Below, piece by piece: positions 13,861 to 28,361 of a DNA stretch of 64,000 nucleotides. Numbering within the stretch: the stretch's first letter is position 1; each line of letters begins with the position of its first letter. Source of the stretch: the human T2T-CHM13v2.0 reference genome, Homo sapiens; the NCBI RefSeq assembly GCF_009914755.1, contig NC_060932.1. The stretch is one strand, 5' to 3'. The position numbers were made by a program, and so were the translations under genes. Below the pieces are notes generated by a model. The model was not told the DNA's origin. It ran no database searches and saw only the letters and a list, made by a program, of their open reading frames with translations.

Positions 13861-15159
13861 ACCAAACCTCCTAATCAGGAACTGGTAAATTAAACTGTTT
13901 AAAAAAGTTCTCTTTATATGTGTACATACATAATATATAACTTCACAGAAGTGAGCAAAAGTGATTACACTGTATGTATAAATTTATGGGGAGAAATGTA
14001 GCATCTGAATTCTTTTCCTTTTTGGTTTAGTTTCCAGTTCCCCTCTTCCCATTCTCCACACCAACATCATCCCTCACCTCATAAACCTACACCTAGAAAA
14101 ACTATGTCAATAATCTAGAATGTATCTGGGATTTTTTCCCAAGTTCATATGCTTAAAAATATATACACACTCATACATATACCATCATATACTTATAAAC
14201 ACACAAGCATACTGTGGATATACAGGCTTTTGGGCTTTGTTTTAAAAGATGAGATCATAATATACACATCTTCTGTTTCTTGCTTTTGTCATTAGATATC
14301 TTGTAGATATCACTCTAGATGAAAATGTTCTAACTATTTTTAGATCTAATTATTAACTTGTTCCTTTGTATAAACTCGTAAATATTTATTGAGCACCTAC
14401 CACATGCCACACTGAAGCCTGGGATTTATTCAAATTTCAGAATTGAGAAGGGAGTAGAGAGATTCGTAGTCCAGCTCTCTTACACAATAGATGGAAAATC
14501 AAGGCTCCGTAAATATTCGTGATTTATTCAAAGTCATGCAGCCAGTTGATGCCATGTCTCAAATCAAAATCTAGCTCTTGCTAGCCCCCAAGTCCAGTCC
14601 TCTTTTAATCATACTATTCAGAGTCCCATAAATTAGCATACAATTACTTACAATTTAATGTGAAAACATACTACAACATAAGATAAATCTTCAGGCCTGG
14701 AGTAGGGAGAGGATAGGGAGGGGCAAGGATTCAGGAAATTTCCTGATAATGGTTTGTTGTCTGTGTGGATAGACCAAATTGTCTTTAATGAACCAAATTT
14801 ATCAACCAGTGAAGACTCATTAAGATGCCCAGCATTTAAAGGGAGATCAATAAAAGAGAGAACTTAGTATTGAAAAGCTATGAAAGAGCTTTGAATGAAA
14901 TTCACTCTCCGTCTTAGCAGAGCGCTTTTCAAGAGTGAGAATCATGGGTGGGCTGTGAGGGAAGATATTCCCTGGCCATCTAAGCACATCTGGAAAGGTC
15001 CAGATTTCAAACTGTCGCTCTTTTGTCAGTGCTGAAAAACTTAACCTTGAGCGCTAGGAAGATGTTCTCCAAGATGCTGAAACTTGTCACGTTATATGAG
15101 TCTTCATGTTCATAGGCAAAACAAAACAAAACAACAGGCATATACATGACATTACCTTC

Positions 15160-15432
15160 TTTTTTGTTTGAGACAGGGTCTCGCTGTGTCACCCAGGCTG
15201 GTGTGCCATGATCCTATCATGGTTCATTTCTGCCTCCAACTCCTGGGCTCAAGTGGTCCTCCCACCTCAGCCTCCCAAGTAGCTGGAACTACAGGTGCAC
15301 TACCCTGCCTGGCTAATTTTTTTCTTTAAATTTTCTGTAGAGATAGTATTTACCTATGTTGCCCAAGCTGATCTCAGACTCCTGGCCTCAAGTGATCCTC
15401 CTCCCACCTGGTATGAAGCACTGTGCCTGGCC
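15160..15432 (-). mobile_element. Alu (AluJ-like)
   Basis: Reverse Alu gagacagggtctcgctgtgtcacccaggctgg...tgcctggcc. Confidence 0.93.
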
Positions 15433-16079
15433 TTGAATTTCTTAATGATGTTTTTGTGAATCTATTTGTCAAGAGTACAACTGCCAGATTTTTGTGCATT
15501 TGTGCCCCTCTGCTCCGAAGTACCCCGACTGTCAGTCTATTCATTCAGTCATCAAATAACTTTGGGGCATCTATTCTATGCCAGGCACTACTATGGTAGG
15601 CCTTCAATAAAGGGAGGCTATGTTTACATGGGCCTTCCACTTCACAGGCAAGAACCGCACTACTGAATCTCCCGTGTCTTTGTCCCTCCAGATAATTTAG
15701 TGTGCACCTTATGACCTTCACTGACAAAATAGCGAAGAATGAACAAATGTTCCTTAAAGCCAGCTAATTCTTTGGTTATTTTAAAGCTGATTGGATCTTT
15801 TGTACACATTCTAAAGACTCTAAAGAGAGTCCTTGAAGGCATAATTTCACTGAAAGACATGCACCACAAACCCCCTGAGACATCCAACTGCAGGGAACAC
15901 CTCAGCTCAGTCAGTATGTGATGAGCTTTCATGTCGCAGGGCACCTGACAGTTGGATGAAAAATTGCTTTCAGTCTATGCTGGGTTTTCTGTGGCAGTTC
16001 AGAAGCAGGACTAGGTTCTGGGTCTTTACTGTGTATGTCATCTTTTCTTTCAGGGTTCTGTGTTTCCATGCAAATAATT

Positions 16080-16320
16080 ATAATAGTGTAGAATTATTTG
16101 ATACCTACTAAGTGTCAGATTTCCTGCCATGTACTTCACAGACTTTTATTCTGTACAACAACATTATGAGTCATGTAATATCATCCCCACTTCAGAAAGA
16201 AGGTTCGGAGAGGTGGGGTAAGTTACACAATGACAGAACTACAAGAGGCAGAGCAGGGGTGAAGCTCAGATCCCCGTGTCTCCAAACCCAAGGCTGAAAC
16301 CGCTGGCTGCACTACCCCAC
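16080..16320 (-). mobile_element. MIR fragment
   Basis: Reverse MIR-like: acaacattatgag...atcatccccactt...aggttcggagagg...aagttac. Confidence 0.6.
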
Positions 16321-17647
16321 ACAGTTCTGAGGCAGAAGAGAATCAGGAGGTGAGGATGGGAACTGGGGAAGGGGTTATGTTCTGATGAGTTAGTTTTTAA
16401 AGGAGAGCCAGATTTTCTGAAGCAGAATTTTAAACATGAATAGGACATGTTAACTTGATGTTAGTGAAATATTTCCTAGAGTTGGGGTTTATTGTTGAAT
16501 ACTAAACTCATGGGAGTACTGCATACCACTGTGGAAAGGTGAACAGAATGACTTTAGGGAATGTGACAGTTTACAAAGAAAAAAGTAAAGAAAGGAAGGA
16601 AAACTAGAATTCTCAGTCCTGACCAAAACTATCTCTAGGATAATTATGGTTTATCTAAAACTTGTTTCTCTGGGTAATCAGATAACCCTGCTCTCTGTGA
16701 GTGTAGACTTCTCCACATGCTGTATGAGGATACCTCTGTGTCCCTGTAGTTAACAATTTTAATTATAGGTGAAGTATTCAGGTTAAGTGGCCTAAATTGA
16801 CACTTTACATGGAGAAAAAAGTCTCTCATGAGACTATATGCTATAAATACATAATTATTCATATTTAAACTCAACATTCTATTGCTTTTATATTTGTTTT
16901 ATATTCATTTTTCACAAGGTTTCCTTTGCAATTGATTCCTGGGTGATGGTATTAACATGTCAGTATTATTTATTCAAGACAAGTGGAAAATCTCAAGAAA
17001 AGGCTAAAAGACCCTTGGGAGCTTACCTAGTGACTACAACAGAACTAGGAATTAAATGGCTGTAAAGTGACATGTTGTATACAACACAACATAATTTATT
17101 ATGTGTTGCATTAATATAGACGTTTTGAGGATATCAACATTAGCTGAGGAATCCTGATGTCTGCCAATTACCATTGTTTGGTAAAAGATTGGGAGTTCTG
17201 GATTTAACTGCTTGGTAATGAAATCAACGGTTTGCTTCAAGTTAATGTTATACAGTAGATGCCTAGCTGATTTCTTGTTTCCCCTACTATCTACCTTAAA
17301 CGCATTCTGGGTCTCCCTTCATCTTTGTAGGTTTCTGAGCTATTTTTGTACTGTCTACATATCTTGATTAGCTAATCTGTATATTAACCATATGTTCTGA
17401 CAAGAGTTCAGTGACATGGACCCTCAGCCCATGACGCTCACTACCACTGACATGTTGCATGTGAGTGGTGGGGGGAGATGAAATTAGTTTATTATAATAT
17501 GACTTTTGAGAAGATATAGCAAAATAATCCTCTAATCCATTCTACAGAAAACCTTTTGTTTTTCCAACTTTATTACCTTTCATTATTCCATCTCAGCTGT
17601 TTTCACTTTGTGAGATTGCTAGGGTCAATGGGTGAGGATCTGCCATG

Positions 17648-17677
17648 GGTGTGTGTGTGTGTGTATGTGTGTGTGTA
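17648..17677. repeat. (TG)n microsatellite
   Basis: gtgtgtgtgtgtgtatgtgtgtgtg. Confidence 0.95.
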
Positions 17678-20600
17678 CTTTTCACTGTCAATTATTCTAA
17701 GAAAAGCAAATGCTAAAGTGAAGTGAAACAGACAATGGTTCACAGTAAATATCAAGCTGTGTTTGTATTGCTGCCATCTCTTTGGGAGAATTTCTTATCT
17801 GTTCCTACAGAAAAATTACTGGAAATATATATCAATGAAAACGTATAAATGAAATCCTGAAACTATATAAGATTCATATCTCTTGATTATCCAAAATAGA
17901 GACATATTATTACTTATGAAGATGAAATGTTTGTGGTTTGATGCTAAAACATTTAGTACTAATAATTATTCCATATACAGTGTTCGCATTAATCTCGACT
18001 ACACTAATTCAGAGCATGAGCTCTTTGCCTTTGTGCATGAAGACAGTTTCTTGGGCAAATTACCAATGTAATTTCCTCGTTGTCATTCCGCAAACCATCT
18101 ATGTTCAAATATTTTAAAAGCAGCTGTACAGAACCAAATAATTTATATTTTAATTCTATATAAATCAACATATACTTCTTTACTTGGACATTACCATTTT
18201 AACTTCAAATTCAACATGTCTATTTTGAAACCCTTGATTTCCAGGATAAATCAGTCTCTTGCTGACTTCCCTTCTCTTTTGTTTGTGGTAGAATGATTCC
18301 CCTAATGTTGGAGCCTTAAAGTCTAACTTAGTGACTCCTCTCATGTTTTCCATATCTAGTCTGGGGCAACATCCAGAAATTCTTCCTGTTCTGTTTTTCA
18401 ACTATCTTTTTAGTTTTATTTCTAGTGCCGCCATCTCAGACCTCTACTAATTCATTGGAATTATTTTTCATCTCTCTGTCTACCATTTTTTTCTTCTTCC
18501 AATTCATCCTATGCATCAATGTCACTCTATTTTTTCATATCTGCAAACCACTCAGTGGACATCCAATATACAAGCAAACCAATTATAGGTGAAATTTAAA
18601 AATATTTATTGTAATTTATAAAAGAATAGTAAACTAAAAATGAATGGTAATAACAGCAATTATAATAATGGAAAACAACTATGATGCTAATTAGGAGGAG
18701 GAAGAATGTTTTCAAAGTCTTTCACCAGGTATCGATATTCATCTCAAAGAGTTTGAACAACAGATTCAATTCTGTGTAGGGACCATTTCTTCATTTATTC
18801 TTTATTCCTACTAAATCAGAAATACCAAATTCATAAGTCATTTGGAAGGGTAACAAATGTTTGATGGTTTGTCAACTAGTCTTGACAAACGGATTCTACA
18901 ATGTACAGAAATTATGGAGACAGTTTTCACTGATAGATGTTCAGTGCCTCAAAGGAAACTCATTAAGATGAGGGAATGGCCTCTCAAATGTAACAGGATT
19001 GTTGAATATATCAACACAAAAGATCACTAGCAAATGGATTCCTAATGAATTCCTGGTTGAATTTGCCTCCGATAATTATGTATTCATATTCAGTTTGAGC
19101 ATTCAGATGTGTTAAATATGGCCAATAATAGCACTGATTTATTTCCTCCTTTAATTTAGAATATCTTTAAGTAGTTAGAAGGAAACCCTTGTTAACTAAT
19201 CCATTGACATCAAAATTTAACTTTTTAAGGAACTTTTGCTGTCTCTCACTAAATATTAGAAATGATGATATGTTGTTCATGAAGTCATAAAGTCAGGCTT
19301 CTCCACTCTCTGTTTGATTTTTATGTGTATGTGCTGCTCATAAAAATCATCACACTGGTAGAGATTCTTGTTCTCACAATGCAGATTCACAGTGTATTTT
19401 CTCCCTGAAAACTTGTTATTTTCTTTGGAACCTTTATGCCAAATGATATATAATTTGCAGTACTATTTTCATGTCTTTCTACTTTTACATCTCCGATGGA
19501 TTAATGTTGCAGCATTAATTCATTTTGTGTGAGTTGGTACTCTAAAATACAATAAGGCAGACAGCTTTAAACCCATGTGATGTTTAATATCCTACAAAGA
19601 CCAAAGAGTCATAGTGGATATTTCCCTCAATCTAAAAATAAGGGAAAATACTAATAAGCAAATTATATAAAAATGAATCTGCTTAAATAGACAGCACCCT
19701 GTTTGCCAGATGTTACCTGAGACAACCAATCCATATATCCCATGTATGTGAGATGTTTAAAAATGTAAGAATTACTAAGGACATGATAAATTTTTATGAG
19801 AATCATAATTAATCATATAGTTCAAATTTCATGGTGCCTGTCTATTGCCAACCCCTAGTTTTTCACAGGTTTCACATTGGAAAGCAATGGGTTGTCCTTT
19901 GGCTTATTTTATTTTAGTAATTAACTGTCCTTTAAAAACAATAAAACTTTCAGCCTTCAGTGACTTTGATAACCTATGTGATAAAGTCAGAACTCATTAG
20001 CCTGATATTCAAGGTCTTCCCAGAGAGGCTCCATCTTACCTGCTCTGACTTCTGTCTTATACCTGCTGATCCACCTGGGGTGTCTGCTGAAAGCAGGTCA
20101 GCACAATGACTCAGATTCTTCCCTTTCTTTCCCTCTCCCATGCCCCAGGATTTGTTTGTACAACTGGCCCAGGAATCCTGACTTCATTTATTCTCTATGG
20201 GTTAACCCAGGTTCTTGCTTGTGAATGGAAACAGGATAATGGAGCTAAACCTAAATGGCATTTTCTAACCATGTCTTCATTATTCATTCTCTGAACCATC
20301 CTCTCTAATCAGTTTTTACTGATTTCTTCCCCAAATATGCATTTGCTTTCTCATTTCAACTTATATTTACACTGTTCTATTCATCAGAAATGTCCCTGTC
20401 TTGTCTGCCTCGTCAAATTCTTCAACTCCCAACTCCTGTCTTACTTCCTATATAAAATCTTATTAGGTTACCTTAGCTGAACTATCTTCTTCTTTCTGGA
20501 ATTCCTATTGCAATTACTTTTGTTGTAATTATTTAGGCAGTGGTTTCTTTGATATCATTTACTGTGTTTTCTGGCAATTGCACTGAAATTGTATACTGCT

Positions 20601-20899
20601 CTTCAATTAATGATTATCTATTTCCCCAAACTAGATTTTAAGCACCTTGAGGACAAATATTGCCTCATATGCCTGTATTTCTGTTCCAGGTCTTTGGCAT
20701 ACTGTTAATAATGAACAAATATTATATTACAGTAAAACTGTATCCCAAGATTTTCTCAGACTCATCTAAAATATAGGCAAGAACTTAATAACACTAATAT
20801 GCCTGTTCAATGAAGCATTCTATTCAAAATGTTTTATTAATTCTTTACAGCTTCCTCAGCATCTGATTGGAATCAGTGGCATTTTAATTTATATGTCTA

Positions 20900-21125
20900 T
20901 TTAACAAATACTAATATAGTGTGCACTGTGTGTTACTCATTTTCTATGCACTTTACAAATAATAATTTTATTTAACTTTCAAGACAACCATCTGAAATAG
21001 GTGCTATTATTATCCCTGTTTTATGTATGAGGAAATGGATTTACTGAGAAGTAACTCAGCCAAGGTGATGGAATTAGTTACTAATAGGTTCAGGATTTGA
21101 ACCTACATTTTTAACCACTGTGCTC
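20900..21125 (-). mobile_element. MIR
   Basis: aggtgctattattatccctgttttatgtatgaggaaa...aagtaactcagccaaggt...ggatttgaacc. Confidence 0.8.
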
Positions 21126-22031
21126 TAGGAACTTAGTTAACAGCTTTAATGAATGAAATGGTTCTGCTAATTGATGTAAGAAACTACTTACATGTTTTGT
21201 TGGCTAGGTCACCTGTCACTCTCAGTTCAGAATCTTTCAGGAAATGTCCTTTAGTCTCTGGTGGGAGGTGTACTGCAACTAACCGTCCTTTGAATTTATG
21301 TTGCCATGTACAGTCCCTGTAATTTTATTTCCTCTTTCTATCTTTACTTTTGGGATCTAAGCTTCCTTGAATGTTTAGCCTTTTTGTCTTTTTAGAAAAT
21401 ATTGTTCCCTTTATGAATATGTCTCTTAATTGCTAGAGTTTCCTAATAGCCAAATGAAAATTACATTTTGGCTTAGAAAATGCTTTCATCTGTATCCACT
21501 GGCTATATATCTGCAACCAAAGTAAAGTGTGGAATTGGGTATTTGTTGTTTGCAGCATTTGAGCAGTGTACACATCAAATGTGGTTAATTCTATTACCAG
21601 TAATATTTCTAGTTTCTTCTAAAATTACCATAAAGGTTTAGGTCTAGATTAGATAATTATTTCCAATCAATCTCCTTTCAAGTTGGAAATGAATGAAGTC
21701 CCATGTTTTCTGTGTGCTATTTCATATATTTTGGCATGATAATTATTAATAGCAATGTATTACTATTGCTCTTTTGCTTACTTAAAAGTATATTTTGCAG
21801 TGGTTTATTTTATTCTAGGTGGGAGAATAACACGTTGATATCTTCTTGAAATAAAAATTATATGTCAATGAATGTGACAATGTTCTATGTAAGTAGCAAT
21901 CGAGGAATGACTGAAAAGGGATTATTAAATATTTCAATGCATGGGAAAATATTTCTTCTACCTATTTACTGCCTAAAGCAAATGCTAACCCAGAAGATAT
22001 TTATGTCTTGGTTTAGAAATCTGTAGAGTGA

Positions 22032-22438
22032 CAGAGCAATCTGAGCTCTGTAATGTATGCAAAATTTATCAGGCTCAGAGAGACATGAGTATGGGACTTT
22101 GGCCACATACCATACCTGTGCCCAGGGACAACTGTTAGGAAACATTTTGTTCCAGACTAGTTGTGTCACCTATTATCTTCATGTTCCTGGAATTTGTGAT
22201 ACAAAGAACAATGTATAGCCAATCGATAGCTTATGTATTTGAATGTATATTCTTGGTAAACAACTTAGGAACTGCCTCTTGTTTTTTTCCTAAAAAAAGC
22301 CACTTGTAATGGCTGGTAGTTGGAGTGTATAATCAGAGCAACTTGAATCTACGCTCCTGAGTGGCCATCTTCAACAATCACCCTGGAATAAACTCTTTTT
22401 AAACTAGAAAACAAAAACAAAGGAAACAACAAAAAAGA
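22032..22438 (+). mobile_element. MER34/MER39-family ERV1 LTR sequence, polyadenylated retrocopy with 17-bp TSD
   Basis: LTR-like from tgtaatgtatgcaaaatttatcagg (22049) through aatttgtgatacaaagaacaatgtatagccaatc. AATAAA at 22387-22392, A-rich tail at 22408-22438, TSD agaaatct(g/a)tagagtga at 22015-22031 and 22439-22455. Confidence 0.8.
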
Positions 22439-22699
22439 AGAAATCTATAGAGTGAACTATATTTTTCCACCTTGCAAATAGAAGGGGCAAAAATCAACCT
22501 TGCCTATCTGATGATTTAGTGTCATAGGGATTCCAAAATGTTATTTGTAACGTGTACCTTGATATGCTAATGGTGAAATCTCCTGTTTCTTGATTTGGTC
22601 TTCTCATCTTACATTTCTTACCTCAAATCCATTCTGCGACTTCACCAGCAGATTAATATTCTTTCCTGGTCTCTTGGAATTTTAATAAAAACAGCATGG

Positions 22700-23470
22700 T
22701 CATGGGGTTTCATGAAGCTTGCAGCCCTCTGGGGGATGCAGATAATAATCAATCAATCTCATAATTAAATGTAATTTTAAATAAGAGCTTACAAAAAAAA
22801 AGGAATATGGTGATAATAGAGCCTAGACAAAGGGATATTACCCAGTTAGTAGATGTGTATATGCTGGGCAAAGGGATTGATATTTAAATAATGTACAGGA
22901 GTCATCTAATCAAAATGGTAGAGGTAGTGGGTGAGGAAGGATCTTTTGTGAAAATGGAACAACATGTATAAATATATACCATGATGGGCAGGAGCACAGA
23001 GATTTTGAGAAAATAAAGCTGTGGTCGCAGTCACAGCTCAAGGAGACAGTGGGAGAAGGGAATTCGGTGAACTGGTAAAGGTGGCAGGATCATTTGGTAC
23101 CTCATAGGCTCTGATTAAGATTCTTCCTATATCTTTAGAGCTGTTGAAACTCACTGGAGTCTTCAACAACTGAGTGACAGGATTAGATTTGAAAAGATCA
23201 TTCTTGCTATGGTGTAGAGAATAGTCATTCTTAGATCATTCTTGCTAAGTCTTCCATGAGAAAGTGAGTAACATAGATTTGAAAAGATCATTCTTGCTAT
23301 AATGTATGAAACAGTTGGGAAGAAGGTAAGTTATGGGAAGACCATTTGAAGGCTATCACAAAGAGAAATTCTGATCATTTAGATTAGGTGATGGAGAGAA
23401 AGGATGAGGAACCCAGAAGATAGTGGGAATTACCAAGGCAGAGATGTGGATAATACAGTCCATGACTATA
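22700..23470 (-). mobile_element. Degenerate L2
   Basis: Purine-rich reverse L2-like sequence (gagtgacaggattagatttgaaaagatcattcttgctatggtgtagagaatag). Confidence 0.6.
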
Positions 23471-24356
23471 GAACAGGAAGTGCTGAAAGAGCATGTTTCT
23501 GCACATTTAGAATTAAGAGGGATTTGGAGCATCTGGAGCAGAATTTGTTTGTTGGGGATGATGACTCGGGAGAGGCAGGTAGGGGCCAAATTATGAAGGT
23601 CCATTTTTGTGATGTGATGGCAAAAGGAACAACTGAATAAATTGAGCAGGGAATCACAGTCAGATGTGGAGTCCAGAGAAGTCTCTGATGGTGTGGAGGA
23701 TGCTCCACATCTCTCATGAAATTAATTGAGAAACTGCTATTTTTTTCATCTAAGAGTTTTAATTATCTTTCATTTAGTTCCCAGAGGCTATTGGGCATAG
23801 GCACCTAGTAAGTAACTGTTAATAACAACATGCTTATTTTGGGCATGGCAATGTGGAAATTTATTCCTGCCGAGTAATCAGTGCCAGTTTTATGCTGGCA
23901 GGGTTTTAAAAGAATGGAGAAGGGATTCTTTTGCCTCCATTAGGAGAAAGCTGTGCCTTCTCTTCATCATATAGTGACTCATTCAAGGTTGGCACAAAGT
24001 AACTTTAATCAATTAATGTGAATAATATCATACCTTTTTAAGCCTAAAATGGATATTAGAGGCTATCAGCCCCCTGGAAAAAAGTCTGCAGAATATTTTT
24101 CTTTCAATGATAATGTCATATATATCATAGCCCTTGAATCTTTCCAAAACATTGAGTCAATACTGAAAACATCCCTAGAGAGACACTCATCCAATTTCTC
24201 ACATGTGAATCTTTTATCTATCTTTGGAAAATTTTAAGAAGTGCTTAATTTCAGACTGCTTTTATAAAGGACATAACTAGTAGCATGGTAAAAGTGCAGT
24301 CCATGAAATTAAATTCCTGATCTGAACCTCAGGTCAATTAACTTCTAAAAATACTC

Positions 24357-24590
24357 TTTTTGAGACAGGATCTCACTCTGTTGCCCAGACTAGAGTGCAG
24401 TGGTGTGTGATTATGGCTCACTGCAGCCTCAACCTCCCAGGTTCAAGTGATCCTCCTACCTCAGCCTCCAGAGTAACTGAGACTACAGGAGTATGCCACC
24501 AAACCTGTCTATTTTTTTAAATTTTTTTGCAGAAATGGGATCTTGCTATGTTTCCCAGGCTAGTCTCAAACTCCAGGGCTCATGTGATGT
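24357..24590 (-). mobile_element. Alu (AluJ-like, truncated)
   Basis: Reverse Alu gagacaggatctcactctgttgcccag...ctcaaactcc. Confidence 0.92.
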
Positions 24591-27500
24591 GCTCTGCTGG
24601 GTGCTATACTGGGCTGACAATGGTGAATAACACCTAATTCTTCTCCAAAGAGAGCGCTCTTCAACTGATGAGGGAAATAAACAGGAGAGCAGGCAGTGAA
24701 TGATAGAGCAGTATCAGAGGTGCTAGGTTGAGGATCTTCACAAGCTTCTAAGTCAGGACATCCTAATTCAAACCAGGAAGGATCAAAGAAGACAGTAAAG
24801 ATAATGACCACAAGTTGAGTCTTGCTATAAGCTGAATCTGGAAGATAGAAGTGAAATTGTCCATGAAAAAGGAAGAAAGAAGAATGTCGAAGACCAAAGG
24901 GGAAAGAGAGTAAGACAAGGTAAATCACCTTTTGATATCGTTGCTGAGTTGTGTGAAAGGCTGTCAAAGTGGGCAGAAGTCATGTTCAGAAGAGTTTTAC
25001 ATTCAAATTAAGGAGTCTCTGTTAGACAGCTTTAAATCCATGTGTCTAATATCTTACAAAGACCAAAGACTCATAGTGGATATTTCCCTCTATCTAAAAA
25101 TAATAAACTTTTCTTTCCAAAGGGAAAAATTTTTACTTATGAAAAATGTGGTAAAATATAGAATAGGAAATTCTGAAAGATACAAGTTCTTCTTGAACAA
25201 TGAGCAATGTAAAAATGATAAAATTATTGCATGATACAATCTTTTTTAAAAAAGAGAAAACACTGAGCATCTTTTCCTTAAGCCCCCTTTCATAAAATCT
25301 CATATTATGCCCACTTCTCCATCTTAATGATTGTGGATTTCTTTCTCAAGACCTACTTAATACATCTCAGTTGGAATTTCGAAATGCTGGCAAGTCTTTA
25401 AAAATAGACAGATGATGACCCTAAGACATTTGGAACTTATCCTAAAGGCTGAGGCACAGTAGAGAAAATATATTGAATAATATACAATTTTGGTCAGGAA
25501 ATGAGGAACTGCTAGGTTAGAGGCCCCATTTTCTGTGTCTGGACACTGGAGAGAATGCTTGTGTTTGGTCCTCCAATTAAGAGCTGCATGATGCCTGTGC
25601 CCTGCAATGCCAACACTTATTGGGAACCCATAACCTTTGCTTCTCCAACTTCTCCAGCCAAGATTATGATGAAAAAAGAGGCAAACCACAATTGCCAAGT
25701 CTGTTCTCAGCAATTCGTTCACTGGTCTTTCATCATTAGGCACATTGCCCCTGTGTACCTTTGGTCCCAACGCATAAAGGGATCTTGCATTGTAAGCACA
25801 TCATATGTTTATTTAAAGAATTTTGAATCTTTGCAGCTCTTATTGACTGTTCAGCAGTGAAATTAGCTGTTGAAAAGCATTTGCACTGGGGGTCGTTTCT
25901 GGAAAGAAAAGAAGTATTTCTTACTTTCTTCTCTAAGACTGCACATTCCTTGGGGGTTTACCCATTTGAGACTGCAAGAAGATGAAATAACTCACTTTTC
26001 TCTATTAAAAGGTGATCTCAATTGCTATAGAGAGAAGAAATAAACAATTATTAATATTCCTGTGTCAGAGAGTGTTTATAAAAGCAAACTGTGAGGTTCG
26101 TAATCTTTTTTTAGACAAGAAAAAGATTTAAAGAATGACTTAAAGTGATGATTATAAGAAAATAAGGAGAAAAAGGAGAGAGAGGAGAGGTTAATAGGTA
26201 GGGGAAATTGATTCTAGACCAAGCACTTAAGAATTCTAGTTCTATGTTTGATTTCCTTTTTATACATCTTGCACTTTGCTCTAAAGCAAAGGAGTTACAA
26301 AATTTTTAGGCAAAATTTTCTACCCATGATTAGCGAGCATTTATAGAAAGAAGCAATAAGTTCTTTCAGTTGAATACACCCAGTACCTCTAAAAATTAAT
26401 GTAAAGAGCACATTTCATGGTCACTAAAAGAAGGGTGCAATTTAATGTATGATGTTACCATTTATTACTAAGAGGACCTGATACACAAAAATATAAATTA
26501 CTTTTTCCATATCTTCTTTCAGCTTCAAATGATTTTGATTTTTTTTTTACTTTAGATACTCAGAGTAGAATTTATAAAGACATTTGGGGAGTATTTCTAC
26601 CTCAAAGGAAAACAAAAATATAATGACATTTAACCATTTCAGATATTTCATGATATGTAGTTAGTTTTGTGTATGTTTCTACTACATTAAAATATCCAAT
26701 TTATTGGTTGTCTTGAAAGGCTTTTGTTTTCTGCAGAGATTGGATTTCCAAATATATTAAAATAATTGCAGTATTTATATTGTCCGTTCTTAGGGGCTGT
26801 ACTTATATTGCATTTCTTTGCAGAGTTATTGATGATGTATCCTTGTTCTGCAGTATGGCACTTGGCAAAACATTGCTTCCTAGTTTGAACTCTCCAATGT
26901 AACCTTCAGGGGGAAATGGTTCTAGAATACCATTGCATCAACTCTTTTAGCAAATTGCATTATTAGACTTCCATTTATAACTTATCCTCTAAGTGATCTC
27001 AGTCGAATCATTTGCTGTCTTGGTTTCACTTCTATGAAATATTCTAGAGCAAATGCTGCCCTTGCTTGTGTCATAGGACTGCAGTGTTGGATGCCTTCTG
27101 TGAAGTTCATTTAGCCCCTCATAATATGCATTCCATGTAACTAGGAGGGAATTTTCTTTGGGTAGATTTCTCAGATAAGTTGTAGGGGGTGGTGTGACTG
27201 GCTAAAGTACATCAGTAAGAGATCATTGGCTTGTGAGGAGTGCAAAAGGCAGGCAGACAAGGGGAAGAGGAAGTGGAAGAAGCCCTACACATATTGAGCA
27301 CCAGTCCACACCACACTCCCCATGAAGCACTTTTCATACATTGCCTCATGTAGACTTTGAGATGACTCTGAAATCTGGGTGTTATTAGAGGCCAGAGATC
27401 TCAAAAAACTTGCTCTAGACACTTCATACAACCGGTAAAGGGTAGAATTGGCATTTGACACAAATTTGACTGCCTCCTAAACTTAATACATTTTCTGCAA

Positions 27501-27983
27501 AGTTATTGGAGACAATGGAGCATGAAATATTTCTTAGTTTCAGGGGTTGAAGTATCATCTGCACTTAGTTTTCTTCTCAAATAAGATAAACTCTAAACAA
27601 CAATAAGAAAAGTAGATTTGTGAGTTTTGTACGAATTGGCCAGCTATTAATATCATTTGGCATTCTAAAGGAAGAACGGCTGAAGTAAACCACAGGTGCA
27701 GATCAAATCTTGATGTCTGTTTCACTGCAGGAGACAAATAGAATCTCTCTTTCTTGTATGCTTCTGTTATGTTGAGTCTAAATCTGAGGTAATCATGATC
27801 ATTTCAACCTGAGGTATGGTTTACTAAATTAGGAGAAACATACAAAAGTTTGTTGACTTTTAAGCTAAAGAAGGCAAAAGCCATAAGTGAAACAATTCAA
27901 GTAGAGTGCTATAATGTGACTGTTTCTAATGACAACTTGAATTGATTGTAAAATAAGTCTGGCAGTTAAAATGTATTAGTGTT

Positions 27984-28331
<348 letters not shown>

Positions 28332-28361
28332 TTATGACAGAATTTACCTGTAAGGTGTTAG

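Noticed and set aside
19500-19519. Near-palindrome attaatgttgcagcattaat
   Set aside because: Short, AT-rich and imperfect; within chance expectation for 64 kb.
25357-25770. 137-aa minus-strand ORF and overlapping 101-aa plus-strand ORF
   Set aside because: The minus ORF has a non-ATG start, neither resembles a known family, and both are [14 protein letters not shown] chance.
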